Positions 53,284 through 62,375 of a stretch of 64,000 nucleotides of DNA are shown here, piece after piece (the stretch's first letter is position 1; every line of letters begins with the position of its first letter). Source of the DNA: an uncultured Phycisphaerales bacterium (GTDB taxonomy: Bacteria; Planctomycetota; Phycisphaerae; Tepidisphaerales; Tepidisphaeraceae); assembly GCA_963758525.1 (NCBI GenBank), contig CAVWVQ010000003.1:4640001-4704000 (forward strand). Direction: 5' to 3'. Under the pieces are notes generated by a model. It searched no databases. It was not told the DNA's origin and was given only the letters and a program-made list of their open reading frames with translations. The translations under genes and the position numbers were made by a program.

Positions 53284-53691
53284 ATGACACTCCAAACTCC
53301 ACGAGTCGAAACACAGCTTACTTGCCCCGAATGTGGGGCGGCAATGGTCCTTCGTCGCACGCTGCGCTATTTTTATCCCAACGGGAAACCACGCCTCTTC
53401 TGGTCGTGCACGCAATACCCGCGATGTAAAGCCACGCACGGTGCCCATTCCAATGGCGAGCCCCTGGGCGTTCCGGGCAACCAGGCCACGAAGGATGCAC
53501 GCGGCCGAGCCCACGATGCATTTGACCGCCTGTGGAAACGGGAGCGGAATGAAGCCTATGCCCTTATGCAGCGGCTGATGGGGATGACTGCGGACCAGGC
53601 GCACATCGGGCGATTCTCGATCGACCAGTGTGAGCTGCTCATCAAACGCCTGGCGAAGGTCACGTGCCGGCCGGCGGGAGGTGACGCGTGA
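53284..53691 (+). CDS. Zinc-finger protein, DUF3268-like
   Basis: CPECGAAMVLR...WSCTQYPRC...HGAH...PLG, then ARGRAHDAFDRLW and HIGRF...C. Confidence 0.75.
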   Translation: MTLQTPRVETQLTCPECGAAMVLRRTLRYFYPNGKPRLFWSCTQYPRCKATHGAHSNGEPLGVPGNQATKDARGRAHDAFDRLWKRERNEAYALMQRLMGMTADQAHIGRFSIDQCELLIKRLAKVTCRPAGGDA

Positions 53692-53903
53692 GCCGCCCGC
53701 ACAATCCCGGCAAACCTCTGCAGTGCGTTTACTCCGCTTGCCCCACGGCCAAGCAGCCGATTGCCACCGACCAGCTCCGCCACGTGGTGCGGACCTGCGC
53801 CGGTCCGATGCACGGCGACTGTTACCGAGAACACATGAGCCGCGTGGATGAATGGTTTGCACGGGCACGCGCTGCCGGCGCTTTCTCCGGGAGGGCGTCA
53901 TGA
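53688..53903 (+). CDS. Small Cys/His-containing hypothetical protein
   Basis: GTGA and ATGA overlaps at both ends; GGAGG upstream. Confidence 0.55.
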   Translation: MSRPHNPGKPLQCVYSACPTAKQPIATDQLRHVVRTCAGPMHGDCYREHMSRVDEWFARARAAGAFSGRAS

Positions 53904-54094
53904 AACGTCGACCTACCAGGCTCAATCCACAAAGACGCTGGAGCTGGAACGATCCATTTGGCGACTCCGAGCGAGCACGTCGAAGGATCCGCAAACAGCT
54001 TGGCCGCAAGACAGCCCGCGCCAGCTTCCGCCGGCTCCTGCACTGCGCTGAACGGAAACTTGCGTCCCTCATGGCGCGGGAGGCGAGCGTATGA
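53900..54094 (+). CDS. Small basic hypothetical protein
   Basis: MKRRPTRLNPQRRWSW...; GGAGG upstream; ATGA overlaps at both ends. Confidence 0.55.
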   Translation: MKRRPTRLNPQRRWSWNDPFGDSERARRRIRKQLGRKTARASFRRLLHCAERKLASLMAREASV

Positions 54095-55183
54095 GCACTT
54101 CTACCACTTCGTGGGTCATTCAAGGCGATGCCACCCATCTCCCCCTAGCCGATCAATCTGTGGATTTGTTATTCACCAGTCCGCCGTACGTCGACGCTCG
54201 CACCTACGGAATTGGCGCGCAGCGGCATTGCATTGAGTGGGTGGATTGGATGCTAAAGGTGGTTCGCGAAGGATGCCGTGTCAGCCGCGGTCTCGTACTC
54301 ATCAATTGCGCCGGCGTAACCCGCAAACATCGCTATCAGCCCGCGCCTGAAATGCTCCTGTCCGAATGGTGGAAGCAAGGGGGCGAGTGCTGGCGGCCGG
54401 CGTATTGGCATCGCGTGGGCATCCCGGGGTCTGGTGGCAAGCAGTGGCTGCGTGCGGACGTTGAATACGTTCTGGCGTTCAAGTTGGCGAATGGGGCAAT
54501 CCCCTGGTCTGACAACACTGCCTGCGGACATGTGCCCAAGTGGGGTCTCGGCGGCGAGATGAGTTACCGGCATGCGGATGGCAAGAGACGGAACGCTCGC
54601 ACGGGAGCCGCACTTTTGGCGGTTCGTCGCCAACGATGGGGCGGAGGAGGCACGAGTTTTGGACGTCGCGCGAACGGCGAGAAAATCGCGCCTGCGGGCG
54701 AGCGTAATGAATTCGGTTTCTCTGCAATCAGCGGGAACGGCAGATACGCCAGTGGAAAGCCCAAGCCGCTTCCAATTCGCGCCCCACGCGGGAAATCATC
54801 AGGTGATCTAAATGAGAACGGATCGACGGCTCCGCCGGTATTGGCCAATCCTGGGAACCTCCTGAAGATTATCGTTGGCGGCGGTGTCATGGGGTCAAAG
54901 TTGGCACATGAAAATGAGGCCCCATTCCCTGAGAAGCTACCTGAATTTTTTATCAAGTCGTATTGCCCCCCCCATGGATCTGTTCTCGATCCATTCTCCG
55001 GAAGCGGCACCACGATAGCGGTTGCGCGTCGATTGGGTCGCTATGGAATCGGATATTCGAACGGGTCAATGTCTGGGAAATCGCAGGCTGTCGGAGCCAG
55101 TAGTCGCCAGGGCTGCCAAACGTATCCGCAAGGTCCAGCTCGCAGATTCCCAGGACTCACTATTTCCAGTGGAGGTTGCATGA
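54091..55183 (+). CDS. Beta-class DNA methyltransferase (SPPY, probably N4-cytosine); frameshift near 55051
   Basis: FTSPPY, HENEAPFP and VLDPFSGSGTT. After the shift the frame reads DIRTGQC...DSLFPVEVA* and ends at an ATGA overlap at 55180-55183. Confidence 0.85.
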
Positions 55184-55309
55184 GCGACCAACTGCAACAA
55201 ACCACCGAGTTCGACAACGCCCTGGCACCGCGTTGCCCAGGACCAGCGCGTCGCCGCCGGCATGCCCCTGTGCAACCGCGAAAATGGCCCCGACGTGACG
55301 CTGGATTAA
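55180..55309 (+). CDS. Small hypothetical protein, probably frameshifted
   Basis: GGAGG then MSDQLQQTTEFDNALA; continues in another frame as VAQDQRVAAGMPLCNRENGPDVTLD*. Confidence 0.4.
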
Positions 55310-55313
55310 CGCC

Positions 55314-55508
55314 ATGGACGAACAGATCCAAAAATCCGGTGAGTACGACAAGGCGATGGCTGCCGCGCTTCGCGAAGAAGAGCAACGCAATCTCTTCGCC
55401 AAGGCTGCCGGCCGCGCCGTCCTGCTCGCCGTCGCGCATGCGGACCCTGGCACGTTGCCGCCGGCCGTGCGCGAGGCCCGGGAAAGGATGCTGGAACTCA
55501 AGCCATGA
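55314..55508 (+). CDS. Small helical hypothetical protein
   Basis: 64-aa ORF whose stop overlaps the primase ATG. Confidence 0.6.
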   Translation: MDEQIQKSGEYDKAMAAALREEEQRNLFAKAAGRAVLLAVAHADPGTLPPAVREARERMLELKP

Positions 55509-56410
55509 TCCCCCGCGAGCTGAGAACCTCGAAACAGCGGCCGTGCCCGATCTGCGGTCATGGGACCTGGTGCCACTTTCACTCGGACGGCGGGGCCGTC
55601 TGGTGCGGACGCGTTCCAGGCGGACGCCCCTGGCGCGATGGGTGGATCCATCGCCTGGACGGAACGGCGCGACTGACGCCATCGCCGGCACTGGCCACGA
55701 TGGAACAACGACCCCGCGTGCTGCGGGATTTCGCACGCATGGCCTGCCGCTTCGCTCGTCAGCTCACGGCCGATCGCGCCCGCCGCCTGGCCGACAGCCT
55801 GCAGCTCAACGTCGGCAGTCTTCGACGTCTCGGCGCCGGATGGGCCGACGCGGAGCAGATCCGAACACAGGACACCAAGTGCCGTGGCGCCGGGTGTTGG
55901 ACGTTCCCCACCTGCGACGGCGCCGGCCGGATCGTCGGGATCCGCCTCCGCACGCTTGAAGGTTTCAAGTACACGATCGACGGCAGCGACGGCAGTGGAC
56001 TCTGTCTGCCTCGGGATCTGGCGACGGGAGGACTGTTGATCGCGCCTGAGGGGCCGACGAGCTGCGCGGCGTTGCTGGTGCTCGGACTGCGGGCGGCCGG
56101 TCGTCCCAACAACCGGGCCGGTGTGGACCATCTGCGGGCGCTGGTGACGCGACTCAAGACACAACGCCTGATCGTCCTTGGCGACAACGATTATCGCGTC
56201 GGGCCGCGCGGGCCCGAATGGCCGGGACGGGATGGCGCGATTGCAACGGCGTCACGATTGCGCGGGACCTGCTCTGGCGGCGTGCTGTGGGCGATGCCGC
56301 CACCGGGAATCAAGGACTCTCGGGAGTGGCTCGCCGCGGGCGCGACGGCCGCGGAGGTGATGGAGCGGATTCAGGCGACGACTCAGGGAATGGACCGGCA
56401 TGCAGGCTGA
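55505..56410 (+). CDS. Primase-like protein (zinc-binding domain plus TOPRIM)
   Basis: CPICGHGTWC, FP...GRIVGIRLR, TOPRIM PEGPTS and LGDND, and KDSREW. Confidence 0.8.
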   Translation: MIPRELRTSKQRPCPICGHGTWCHFHSDGGAVWCGRVPGGRPWRDGWIHRLDGTARLTPSPALATMEQRPRVLRDFARMACRFARQLTADRARRLADSLQLNVGSLRRLGAGWADAEQIRTQDTKCRGAGCWTFPTCDGAGRIVGIRLRTLEGFKYTIDGSDGSGLCLPRDLATGGLLIAPEGPTSCAALLVLGLRAAGRPNNRAGVDHLRALVTRLKTQRLIVLGDNDYRVGPRGPEWPGRDGAIATASRLRGTCSGGVLWAMPPPGIKDSREWLAAGATAAEVMERIQATTQGMDRHAG

Positions 56411-58145
56411 CGAGGGAACAAATGACGCCTCGGGTGCCAACGGCGCCCATCGAACCAACGGGAACGGTAATGGCCACGGCAACGGTAGCAATGGCCATGA
56501 CAAAAACTCTGTGAATCGGCTTGTCGGAGGTGGGAAGGGATCACCACCGGCAGTCAGCGACGTGGATGCGAAGTCAGACGGAAAAGTGGAAATCATGGTG
56601 CCCGGAGCCCACGTACACCCTCGCGGTCCAGTCGAAGTCACCGAAAATGACTTCGCTGATGCCGTATTGTGCGCTCTCCCCGAATATCTGCTCTACAGGA
56701 CTGGACGCACAATCGGCGTCCTCACAGGCCAGAGCGGGAGCCGGGAATTTTATCCCAGCGACACCAGACACCTCCGCCTCTTCGCATCGACCCACACACG
56801 CCTGGTCAAATGGAACCGCACAGAGAAGGGCAATCCGTTCAAAACCAAGGTCCTGCACGGCAACGATCTCGCCTCACTGATCCTCGGCCAGGCCGAGCTC
56901 TCTGATCGAGTGAGGCGGCTCGACCGCATCGTGCACTATCCGGCATACGGCCGTTCGTTCGAGCTGCTGCGCCCGGGCTGGACGGAGGGAACTTTGTACG
57001 ACCCTCCCGACGAGCTGAAGGATCTTCAGCCGGAGACAAATCGCGAGGTGATCACCCAGACGCTCGACGATTTGACTATCGACTTCCCCTTCCTGGAAGA
57101 GGACGGTGACGGCGGAGCTGCCAACCGTGAGAACTTTTACGGGCTGCTGCTCACACCGATCGTCCGCACCGCACTGGAAGGCAACATCCCGCTGCACCTG
57201 GTCAACGCGCCGCTCGAGCGGACTGGCAAGAGTAAGTTGGTCGAAGAGGTTCTCGGCGGGATCATCCTCGGCACACAGATGGCAGCGCTGCAGCAGGTCG
57301 GCGAGGGGGAAGAGTTCGATAAGCGTGTCCTGGGCCTGCTCAAGCAGGCTGAGACGCTTGTGCATCTGGACAATGTCAATGATGGCCTAGCGCTCGGCCA
57401 GCTCGCCAGCGCTCTGACGGCTACATATTACCAGGGCCGCACGCTCGGCAAGAATGAGATGCTCAAGCTGCTCAACACCCTAATCTGGGTGGTCAGCGGC
57501 AACAACGTCGAAGCATCCGGTGAGATCATCAAACGCGTCATCCCAATACACTTACAGCCAAAAACCGACAAGCCTGAGATGAGACCGCTGGATGATTTCC
57601 AGCACCCTGACCTGCGCCGCTATATACGCGAAGTCCGCTGTCAGGTGCTCGGCGTGCTGATCGGCATGGTTGAGAATTGGAAGCAGGACAAACGGCCGCT
57701 CCATAGTCAACCGATGGGCGGGTTCGAACAGTGGTCGGCCATCATCGGGGGGATTCTGCAGGCCAACGGATACGTCAAATGGATGAGCAACGCCTCATCC
57801 TGGCGTATCTCCGTCGATCGACGTGGGGGTGACCTCGAAGGGCTCGTTGATGCCTGGGCGCAACGCTATGGCGATCATCCAATTAAGGCCAAGCACGTCG
57901 TCGCTCTCGCCATTGAATCTGGAGCCTTGGAAGACCAGCGCCAGGGGGCGAAGGATGGGGGGGCCAGAGCAATTGGCAAGATCCTGAGTCGCTCCATTAA
58001 CCGGCCTGTGGGGAACTACCGGATCGCGCTGAAGATCTCTCACAACAATCGGTTTTATAAGCTGCTCGGTGCACCCCACAAGGAGGGTGTGGTGTTGGAA
58101 GATGAACACCACTCGATGAGCACGCCGGACATCTTCGACGGGTGA
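56400..58145 (+). CDS. Primase-associated P-loop ATPase/helicase
   Basis: Walker A APLERTGKS, Walker B-like VHLDNV, sensor SGNN; overlaps the primase stop. Confidence 0.72.
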   Translation: MQADEGTNDASGANGAHRTNGNGNGHGNGSNGHDKNSVNRLVGGGKGSPPAVSDVDAKSDGKVEIMVPGAHVHPRGPVEVTENDFADAVLCALPEYLLYRTGRTIGVLTGQSGSREFYPSDTRHLRLFASTHTRLVKWNRTEKGNPFKTKVLHGNDLASLILGQAELSDRVRRLDRIVHYPAYGRSFELLRPGWTEGTLYDPPDELKDLQPETNREVITQTLDDLTIDFPFLEEDGDGGAANRENFYGLLLTPIVRTALEGNIPLHLVNAPLERTGKSKLVEEVLGGIILGTQMAALQQVGEGEEFDKRVLGLLKQAETLVHLDNVNDGLALGQLASALTATYYQGRTLGKNEMLKLLNTLIWVVSGNNVEASGEIIKRVIPIHLQPKTDKPEMRPLDDFQHPDLRRYIREVRCQVLGVLIGMVENWKQDKRPLHSQPMGGFEQWSAIIGGILQANGYVKWMSNASSWRISVDRRGGDLEGLVDAWAQRYGDHPIKAKHVVALAIESGALEDQRQGAKDGGARAIGKILSRSINRPVGNYRIALKISHNNRFYKLLGAPHKEGVVLEDEHHSMSTPDIFDG

Positions 58146-58257
58146 GGGTGTGTTTGGGTGTATGTGGGTGTGTTATTCCCCGTCGTCTGTCATGAGCTGA
58201 CTTGGGTCCCTGAGAAGCGACGGCAGGTAACACACCCAAACACACCCACATACACCC
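58146..58257. repeat. Inverted array of six 10-bp iteron-like units (candidate replication origin)
   Basis: GGGTGTGTTT GGGTGTATGT GGGTGTGTTA (58146-58175) faces TAACACACCC AAACACACCC ACATACACCC (58228-58257). Confidence 0.8.
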
Positions 58258-58295
58258 TGACCTTGTTTTTAGCTCATTAGAGAAGGTTTATTCAG

Positions 58296-58484
58296 ATGGA
58301 AGAAAAGGAGTTCATCCTCAGACTGAAATCGGGACCGCAACGGACTGGAGACGATCCCTACATCCGGCTCAGGAAGGCACTCAAGGCACTTGTGCGGGCA
58401 TATGGATTTCGCTGTGTGGATTGCAACGAGGTCAACCAAGCAACCACCGCCACGACTGAGAAAGGAAAGGCACATGCATCATGA
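58296..58484 (+). CDS. Small phage-type hypothetical protein
   Basis: FILRL...DPYIRLRKALKALVRAYGFRCV; coupled to the next gene. Confidence 0.7.
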   Translation: MEEKEFILRLKSGPQRTGDDPYIRLRKALKALVRAYGFRCVDCNEVNQATTATTEKGKAHAS

Positions 58485-58798
58485 GGAAATCCCCCCCCCC
58501 AGTTGTGACGCTCCACGTGGGACAGTCGGTTCCATGGCCGACGGCGCCGGATGGCGTGGCCCAGGTCGAGGAGCTGCTGCGGAGCAACGTCGGCCTGCTC
58601 TATCTGCGTCGCGGCCGGCTGTGCCGGGCACGCGTGGCGGCGGGACGCATCGCGAGATTGATCCAGTTGGCACCGCTGCTGATTCAGCAGGACAACCTGC
58701 TGCAGCGGGCCATCGTTCGTAAACGCCAAAAGTCGTTCGAACTGAACGACAGAACAGGAAGTTTCCGTGGGAATAACTTACGAAAAGTGCGAGCGTGA
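58481..58798 (+). CDS. Hypothetical protein
   Basis: ATGA overlap with the upstream gene; C10 tract at 58491-58500 near the start. Confidence 0.45.
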   Translation: MRKSPPPVVTLHVGQSVPWPTAPDGVAQVEELLRSNVGLLYLRRGRLCRARVAAGRIARLIQLAPLLIQQDNLLQRAIVRKRQKSFELNDRTGSFRGNNLRKVRA

Positions 58799-59309
58799 GA
58801 TCCGCGAGATGATCCGGGAGCTAATCGAGGCCAATCACCCGGATCTGCGGGATGCGGAAGTCACCGTCGGCTGCCTGATGGCCTGCAAGCGCGAAAGCGA
58901 CGGCACGCTGTTGCCAGAGTCGGCGGTCAAACTGCACGGCTATGAGTGTGCCGCGGTGGTCCGCGTCACCCCGCTCAAGCAGCGGGCGCATGGTGTTGCC
59001 GACTCTGAAATCGTGATCGATGGTAATAGTTGGGGGGACCGGCCTCTCCTGGAACAGCATGCGATCCTCGATCACGAGCTGGAGCACATCCAGGTCCTGA
59101 AGTTCAGCCAGCGTAAAGGCGGCGAGATCAAGACGGACGATCTTGGCCGTCCGCGGCTGAAACTGCGCCTGCACGACTGGGAAATGGGCGGCTTCGCCAG
59201 CATCGCCAAGCGGCATGGCAGCCACGCCCTGGAAGTCCAGGCGGCGCGGTCATTCCAGGACAAACACGGGCAATACGTATTCGAATTTGCCGCCTCACAC
59301 GCAGCGTGA
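58767..59309 (+). CDS. Phage-type putative metallopeptidase
   Basis: AILDHELEH (HExxH) and a downstream LHDWE...F..IAKRHG motif. Confidence 0.75.
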   Translation: MGITYEKCEREIREMIRELIEANHPDLRDAEVTVGCLMACKRESDGTLLPESAVKLHGYECAAVVRVTPLKQRAHGVADSEIVIDGNSWGDRPLLEQHAILDHELEHIQVLKFSQRKGGEIKTDDLGRPRLKLRLHDWEMGGFASIAKRHGSHALEVQAARSFQDKHGQYVFEFAASHAA

Positions 59310-59352
59310 TGCGTACGGCGGCAACCATCAACAAGCAAACCAAGGAGATCCA

Positions 59353-61635
59353 ATGACAACAGCAACGATCGATCGACCGCACACAAAACGCGGAAGCAAA
59401 TCCACCAACCCGGATGGCAACGGCGCAGCTCACACGCCAGCGCCCGGCGATGACCTCAACGAGCTGCGCGCCCAGCTCGCCAAACAGGAGACAGCCACCC
59501 AGAGCATGTACGGCGACAAACTCGACAAGGCAACCGCCAGGCTCACCGAGCTGCGCAACCGGGTAGCCGCCGGCGAGGTTCGGGCCCTGCCGCTCCCGGC
59601 GCCGGCGTCGCTGACGTTCGAGGAGCGGGATGTCGCGATCGCGACGATTGTCGTCACCGGCAACCACCGCGAGATCCACGACGAAGCGGAGACGCTTCGC
59701 CTGGCCAGGACGCTGCAGACGGTCGGCCTGCAGCAGCGAATCGGACTGCGGTCCCAGGGCGATGGCAGTTTTGAGTTGATCTTCGGTTCGCGTCGCCTGG
59801 CGGCGGCCAAGCTCAACGCGTGGGAGGAGATCCCGGCCAAGGTCTACCCGCACACCATCACCGCGGCCGAGGTGGAGATCATCCGCACGATCGAGAATTT
59901 TGGGCGGAAGGACCTGACGCACATTGAACGGGCCATCGCTGTGGCGCGAACGATCGATGCTATCCAGGCAACACTCGACAAGGGACGCAGGCACGGCGGG
60001 CACGGCGGAATGGACGTAGTGGATCTGCGTACTGAAGAGCAGAAGGCGGAACTACGCAGGCAGGTGAACCTGGCTGCCGTGGCCAAGGAGAACCCCGAGC
60101 TGGCGGATGCGATCAAACTCCAGATCGCAATCGACGACGCCGGCGGCGTCAACGCCTACGTCGGCCTGCAGCTCGGCTTCCCCGCCAAGTGGGTCCAAGA
60201 CCACGCGTACGTGTCCAAGCTGGGCGCCAAGGCCCGCGAGTTGCTCGCCGCGCACCGCATCGACATCGGCCACGCGCGCGAGCTGGTGAAGCTTGGCGAT
60301 CGGGACCGAGCGGACCAGATCGCCGACATGGTCGCCCGCGATGAGAAGGGTTTGGGCGGGAAGTCGATCGAGCAATGCCGCAACTGGGTGATCGAGCATC
60401 TGCGGTCACTCAAGATTGTCCCGTGGCGGCTAGACGTCGCTTTCGGCCGCGGCGTTGCGGGATGCACGGGCCACGCCTGCAGCACGTGCCCGTTCAACAG
60501 CAAGAGCGACCCGGATCTCTTCGGCGGCGCCATCGCCGATGAGCCGGCGGCGGGTACATGCACGAACGAGGCGTGCTGGCAGGCCAAGACGGACATCGTC
60601 GCCAAGGATGTGGGCAAGTTTGTCGCCAAGGCCAGGACAGCAGTGGAGAAGCACGACACTCCCATCACCGAGAAGGAACTGGGCAAGCTGATCCCGCTCC
60701 ATGTCAAACCTCCGACAGCGATCCGGAAGGCTAAGAAGGAACTGGAGCCGGCGGCGTCTGCCAGCGGCGAGGGAACTCCCGACTCCCGCGAAACCGGAGG
60801 GACTCCCGAGGATAAAGCCAATGGGAAGCTCAACGTCGCCCTGGGCAAATGGGAATCAGAGCTGACAAAGCTGGTGATCGCCCAGACCACGGAGCACCCG
60901 GTGCGGTTCGCGCTGCTGGCGCTGCTTGGATGTGTTCCTCCATTCGATCGGGGCTATTTCCCGGGAGATCAGCCGGCGGAGTTTGTCAGCGAACATCAAC
61001 ACGCGCTTGCCCTGGCGGGCGGTGGAATCGGTGAGATCCAGGAGCTGGCCAGCCTGGCGATCGAGGCCAAGGCGGAACCGCCGGTCTTGGACGGCATCAC
61101 CGGGGAAATCTGTGCCTTCCTCTTGCAGAAATGGGGAATCAAACACAACGCAATGCCGAAGCTGGAAGACTTCCTCACGCGCCCGAAGGCGGAAGGAAAG
61201 AAGGGCGCCGGCAAACTGAAGGGGGAGCCGGCCGCTGAATTGGGCGTTGCGTTCGCCGCTGCCCAGAAGGCCTGCGTGCTGGAGACACTGAGCAACCACA
61301 GGGGCAACAAGCCGGTCGCTGCCACGCCGCTGGAGCTGAATGATCGCCTGTGGGTCCACGTAGGCGCTTCATACAAAGATGCGCTGTGTACCGTCGATCT
61401 TCTCCCGCTCTATCACGTCGAGGATTTCCGGAACAAGTTCGGCGCGAAGTTCGAGACCAGATACACCGTGGGCCTCGGGCCCGACGCCACGGATTCAGAG
61501 CGCCGCGAGTTCTATACAGGCGTCATCGTCCGCGTGAAGAAAACCGAGATGGCCATCGCTCCGAGCGGCGAGGGGCGGACGCTGCTTTTTACCGACACCA
61601 CGTCGGAGGCCGGGGAGGTGGACGATGTCGAGTGA
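59353..61635 (+). CDS. Large ParB/Spo0J N-terminal domain protein
   Basis: AAGGAG RBS; GLQQRI, LIFGSRRLAAA, IENFGRKDLTHIERA and IDIGHA; Cys cluster CSTCPFNS...CTNEACW. Confidence 0.82.
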   Translation: MTTATIDRPHTKRGSKSTNPDGNGAAHTPAPGDDLNELRAQLAKQETATQSMYGDKLDKATARLTELRNRVAAGEVRALPLPAPASLTFEERDVAIATIVVTGNHREIHDEAETLRLARTLQTVGLQQRIGLRSQGDGSFELIFGSRRLAAAKLNAWEEIPAKVYPHTITAAEVEIIRTIENFGRKDLTHIERAIAVARTIDAIQATLDKGRRHGGHGGMDVVDLRTEEQKAELRRQVNLAAVAKENPELADAIKLQIAIDDAGGVNAYVGLQLGFPAKWVQDHAYVSKLGAKARELLAAHRIDIGHARELVKLGDRDRADQIADMVARDEKGLGGKSIEQCRNWVIEHLRSLKIVPWRLDVAFGRGVAGCTGHACSTCPFNSKSDPDLFGGAIADEPAAGTCTNEACWQAKTDIVAKDVGKFVAKARTAVEKHDTPITEKELGKLIPLHVKPPTAIRKAKKELEPAASASGEGTPDSRETGGTPEDKANGKLNVALGKWESELTKLVIAQTTEHPVRFALLALLGCVPPFDRGYFPGDQPAEFVSEHQHALALAGGGIGEIQELASLAIEAKAEPPVLDGITGEICAFLLQKWGIKHNAMPKLEDFLTRPKAEGKKGAGKLKGEPAAELGVAFAAAQKACVLETLSNHRGNKPVAATPLELNDRLWVHVGASYKDALCTVDLLPLYHVEDFRNKFGAKFETRYTVGLGPDATDSERREFYTGVIVRVKKTEMAIAPSGEGRTLLFTDTTSEAGEVDDVE

Positions 61636-62362
61636 CATTCAATCCACCAGCGACATCACCGTCCGCTTGGTGCAGCAGATGGGCGGTGATCACATGGTTG
61701 TCGCCGCGGCCAAAGTCAGCACCTGTGGGGACGATGCGCTGAAGTTTGCCTCTCCGGAGAGCGCGGAGGCTAACACTGGTCTGATCAATTATCTGATGGC
61801 TCATCGCCATGGTACGCCCTTTGAGCACGCGTCGATGACGTTCTTCGTGCGCACGCCGATCTTCGTCTGGCGCGAGTGGCACCGCCATCGCATCGGCTTC
61901 TCCTACAACGAGGAATCCGGGCGGTACAAGAAGCTCGATCCGCTCTTCTGGATCCCGGACAGGGAAAGAAAGCTGGTACCGGCGCCGGATCACACCTCGG
62001 CGCGGCCGAAATTCCAACGTCTCGCGGATGACGATCCCAAGTATCGGGATATTTGCGACGTGCTGCGGCATTCTTACTTTGCCTCCTACCGCGCGTATGA
62101 GCATCTCCTGGATCGGGGAGTTGCCAAAGAAGTGGCACGGGCATGCCTTCCGGTGGGCATCTATTCATCCTGCTGGGTGACGTGCAATCCACGGTCGCTC
62201 ATGGCGTTCCTGTCGCTGCGAACGCATGACGAGGCGGCGACGTTCATTTCGTACCCGCAAGCGGAGATCGAGTGTGCGGCCCGGGCCGCAGAGCAGATCT
62301 TCGCCGAGGGCTGGCCGCTGACGTACGCGGCGTTTGTGAAACACGGCCGCGTGGCGCCATAA
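61625..62362 (+). CDS. thyX: FAD-dependent thymidylate synthase
   Basis: HGTPFEH, ThyX motif RHRIGFSYNEESGRY, EVARACLP, NPRSLMAFLSLR and QAEI. Confidence 0.95.
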   Translation: MSSDIQSTSDITVRLVQQMGGDHMVVAAAKVSTCGDDALKFASPESAEANTGLINYLMAHRHGTPFEHASMTFFVRTPIFVWREWHRHRIGFSYNEESGRYKKLDPLFWIPDRERKLVPAPDHTSARPKFQRLADDDPKYRDICDVLRHSYFASYRAYEHLLDRGVAKEVARACLPVGIYSSCWVTCNPRSLMAFLSLRTHDEAATFISYPQAEIECAARAAEQIFAEGWPLTYAAFVKHGRVAP

Positions 62363-62375
62363 CAGAGGAATCGAC

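Noticed and set aside
54091..55959. 622-aa methyltransferase overlapping the primase
   Set aside because: Read-through artefact of the frameshift near 55051. The shifted frame ends at 55183, and the extension overlaps real downstream genes.
58491..58500. C10 tract as a phase-variation switch
   Set aside because: Homopolymer length is unreliable in this assembly and an in-frame coupled start already exists; cannot be supported without reads.
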